Shown in pieces: positions 59,908-64,000 of a stretch of DNA of 64,000 nt; position 1 is the first letter of the stretch; each line of letters begins with the position of its first letter. The translations under genes were made by a program, and so were the position numbers. Location: the NCBI RefSeq assembly GCF_009914755.1, contig NC_060926.1, one strand, 5' to 3'. The DNA comes from the human T2T-CHM13v2.0 reference genome, Homo sapiens. The notes under the pieces were generated by a model that worked only from the letters and a program-made list of their open reading frames with translations, had not been told where the DNA came from and did not search any database.

Positions 59908-59992
59908 TGATCCGTCCACCTTGGCCTCCCAAAGTGCTGGGATTAGGTGTGAGCCACTGGGCTGGCCCAGAATGACTTTTAAAAAGAGATCA

Positions 59993-60441
<449 letters not shown>

Positions 60442-60709
60442 TGAAGTGATCCACCCGCCTTGGCCTCCCAAAATGCTGGGATTACAGGTGTGAGCCACCA
60501 CGCCCAGCCCTAAAGTTGTATTTTGATGGAACGAACTGTTTTGAGAAATAAATTTTAACGCGTTGAGTCTGAACTGGGCTGCCCTTTCAAAATGTGAAGG
60601 CCCCTTAAAGTAGCACATTGGTTGGTTATTCTTTTATTTATTTAGATATATCTGATCTAGTTGTCTTTGGGACAAACTCATATTTAATATCATAGCTGCA
60701 TGTAACTGA

Positions 60710-60967
<258 letters not shown>

Positions 60968-61360
60968 TGATCTGCCTGCTTCTGCCTCCCAGAGTGCTGG
61001 GATTACAGGTGCGAGCCATTGTGCCCAGCTAGTAAGTTTTTAAGAAAGATTCTCAAACCTCTTTTAAATCGTCTGCCTCACTTGAAGAGGTATGCCCTAC
61101 CTGTTTAGGGCTGTAGACCCAGGTCATTAGAAGACAGACTAAGTAGTCCTGGGTGAACCCATAGGGCACCTTCAAGGAGGTAAAATTGGTGATTTTAGTT
61201 TCACCAGTAGTTTTTCCCTGAATATTTATTCCTTTTGTGCTTTATTGATCTATCTATATCAATAAAAAGTAATGGGGCATAACAAATTATACTTGTCATT
61301 CTTGTTCATTAGGGCAAATGTTGTAGGTTGAGTCAAGTGTCCAGCCAACAAGTTATTTTA

Positions 61361-61417
61361 TGTGTGTGTGTGTGTGTGTGTGTGTGTATACATATATACA
61401 TTTTTTTTTTTTTTTTT
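61361..61417. repeat. (TG)n/(TA)n compound microsatellite at Alu tail
   Basis: Direct reading. Confidence 0.9.
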
Positions 61418-61458
61418 CATCGAGACAGGGTCTTGCACTGTCGCCCAGGCTGGAGTGA

Positions 61459-61590
<132 letters not shown>

Positions 61591-61815
61591 TAGAGATGGG
61601 GTTTCACCACATTGCCCAGGCTGGTCTTGAATTCCTGACCTCAAGTAGTCCGCCCACCTAAGCCTCCCAAAATGCTGGGATTACAGGCGTGAGCCACCAC
61701 ACCTGGCATATATATATTTTAAGATAGAGATGGGGTTTGCTATGTTGCCCAGGCTGGTCTTGAACTGCTGGGATTACAGGCGTGAGCCTCTGCACCCGGC
61801 CCTTATTGTTTATAA

Positions 61816-62070
<255 letters not shown>

Positions 62071-62324
62071 TAACAAGATACCTTGTTTTATATATGTGTG
62101 TGTATATGTATTATTTTATTATACATACATGCATACTTCTGTAGTTCCCTGGACTGTAGGATAAGTTAGGTTACTTAGAATCTCAACAGCTAGCATCGTT
62201 TTTACTTAGGTTTTCAAGCCTACTGGCAGGGTAAGCAAGAGGTAGTACCATTTTGGTAAGAAGTAGAGAGCTAGGGACAGTAAAGATGGAGTAATATATA
62301 TATGAGGGTATAGTCAGGCCCTAG

Positions 62325-62543
<219 letters not shown>

Positions 62544-62961
62544 TAAATAAACCTTGAAATACAACCTTGGCTCAAACGTTAATGGTCATGGATAAAGTGA
62601 ATTAAAACTTGTTAGGGGCCAGGTGTGGTGGTTAATGCCTATAATCCCAGCACTTTAGGAAGCTGAGGCAGTTGGATGTCCTGAGGACAGGAGTTCAAGA
62701 CCAGCCTGGCCAACACAGTGAAACCCTGTTTCTATAAAAAATACAAAAATTAGCTGGGCGTGGTGGCACACACCTGTAGTCCCAACCACTTGGGAGGCTG
62801 AGGCATGAGAATTGCTTGAACTTGGGAGGCAGAGGGACTTGGGAGGCAGAGGGTGTAGTGAGCCAAGATCGCACCACTGCATTCCAGCCAGGGTGACAGA
62901 GCAAGAAGACTGTCAACAACAACAAAAAATGTTATAGAAGTGAAAAAAATTGATTAATTTA

Positions 62962-63148
62962 GAACAAGCTTGTCCAGTCTGTGGCCCAGGATGGCGTTTA
63001 AATCAGCCCAACACAAATTTGTAAACTTTCTTAAAACATTTTGTGATTTGTTGTTGTTGTTTAGCTCATCAGCTATCATTAGCATTAGTGTATTTTATGT
63101 GTGGCCTAAGACAATTCTTCCAGTGTGGCCCAGGGAAGCTGAAAGATC
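62962..63148. mobile_element. MER30 (hAT-Charlie) element, intron 3
   Basis: CAAGCTTGTCCA..TGTGGCCCAGGATGG...AACACAAATTTGTAAACTTTCTTAAAAC...GTGTGGCCCAGGGAAGC. Confidence 0.75.
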
Positions 63149-64000
63149 ATTATCCTCTGATCTATCATATTAATGAGCTGCATCCTAAAAGACATTCATC
63201 TATAACTAAGCTCAGTTTCATGTTTTGTTCCTTTTTCAATAGATAAGATAGGGAATGAGCAAGTTAATAAAGTGGGTATTTTAATTTTAAGGTTGAAACT
63301 AAGGATCATAACATTATCAGAGGTCTAGAACTGGATGGCAGCTACAGAGATCATTTAGCCTAATACTGGTTTAACAAATAATCCGGGAGATCCGTGATAT
63401 GTGAATGTGCTAGGCCTGAGATGAGACAGCCAATTGTGGAAGAGCAAACACTAGAACCAGTATAAGTTGCTTACTGCTTTCTTATGCTATTAATGAGCAT
63501 ATCGCCTCCTGATATTTATGATATATGGTCATGCCAACAGCTTTGTCATAAATAGAACTCCCATGGCAGCAATCACTTAATCTTGTAGTTAGAGGTGGGG
63601 TCTCACCATGTTGCCGAGCTGGCCTTGAACTTCTGGGCTCAGCGATTTTCTCCACAGGCACCTGCTACTGTGCTCGGTGCAGCACTTTGTGTTTTTGAAC
63701 ATAACCTCAAGATGTTATTGTCTTCATAGTAAAACAAAAGATGAGGCTTAGAACTGGATCACTTTGCCTGTCTCTTCTTACCTCCTCCCAGTTCAAAATG
63801 CTTGCATCTCTTAATAGCTAGCATTCCCTTGGATTTTGCACATGAGCTCAAACTCAAGCCTCAGCACAATCTTTTTTATAGTTTTAGTCTTTTAGCCAGA
63901 GTCGACTTACCCCCCATACCCACTCTGCTTCCTTCATAATGCTGCTTTCCCTGGGCAGAGAATCCTTGCCCTTCTTGTATTATGTCACTTTGTGGGGTTG

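Overview
Human (primate) genomic DNA from the MSH6 locus (2p16.3). The window holds about 48 kb of repeat-saturated upstream sequence, the CpG-island promoter, and MSH6 exons 1-3 on the + strand (codons 1-209: PCNA-binding PIP box and PWWP domain). Exon 4 lies beyond the window. The upstream part contains a Tigger DNA-transposon remnant, a deeply nested pile of ERV1/MaLR LTRs including a ~10 kb two-LTR provirus with a tRNA-Ser-like PBS, MER41 and MLT2A solo LTRs, a U6 pseudogene, MIR/L2 relics and very many Alus. Repeat subfamily names are from memory and approximate. I see no new protein-coding system: almost all ORFs in the track are Alu/LTR or GC-content artefacts. The best leads are regulatory. 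They are (i) a T at c.-210 that breaks one of seven promoter GC boxes, (ii) a strong CTCF site with upstream module ~16 kb before the TSS, (iii) a MER41 LTR with an intact STAT GAS motif plus an overlapping NF-kB/GAS element in intron 2, (iv) a 4-codon uORF, and (v) twin exon-1 donors that allow a PWWP-less isoform.
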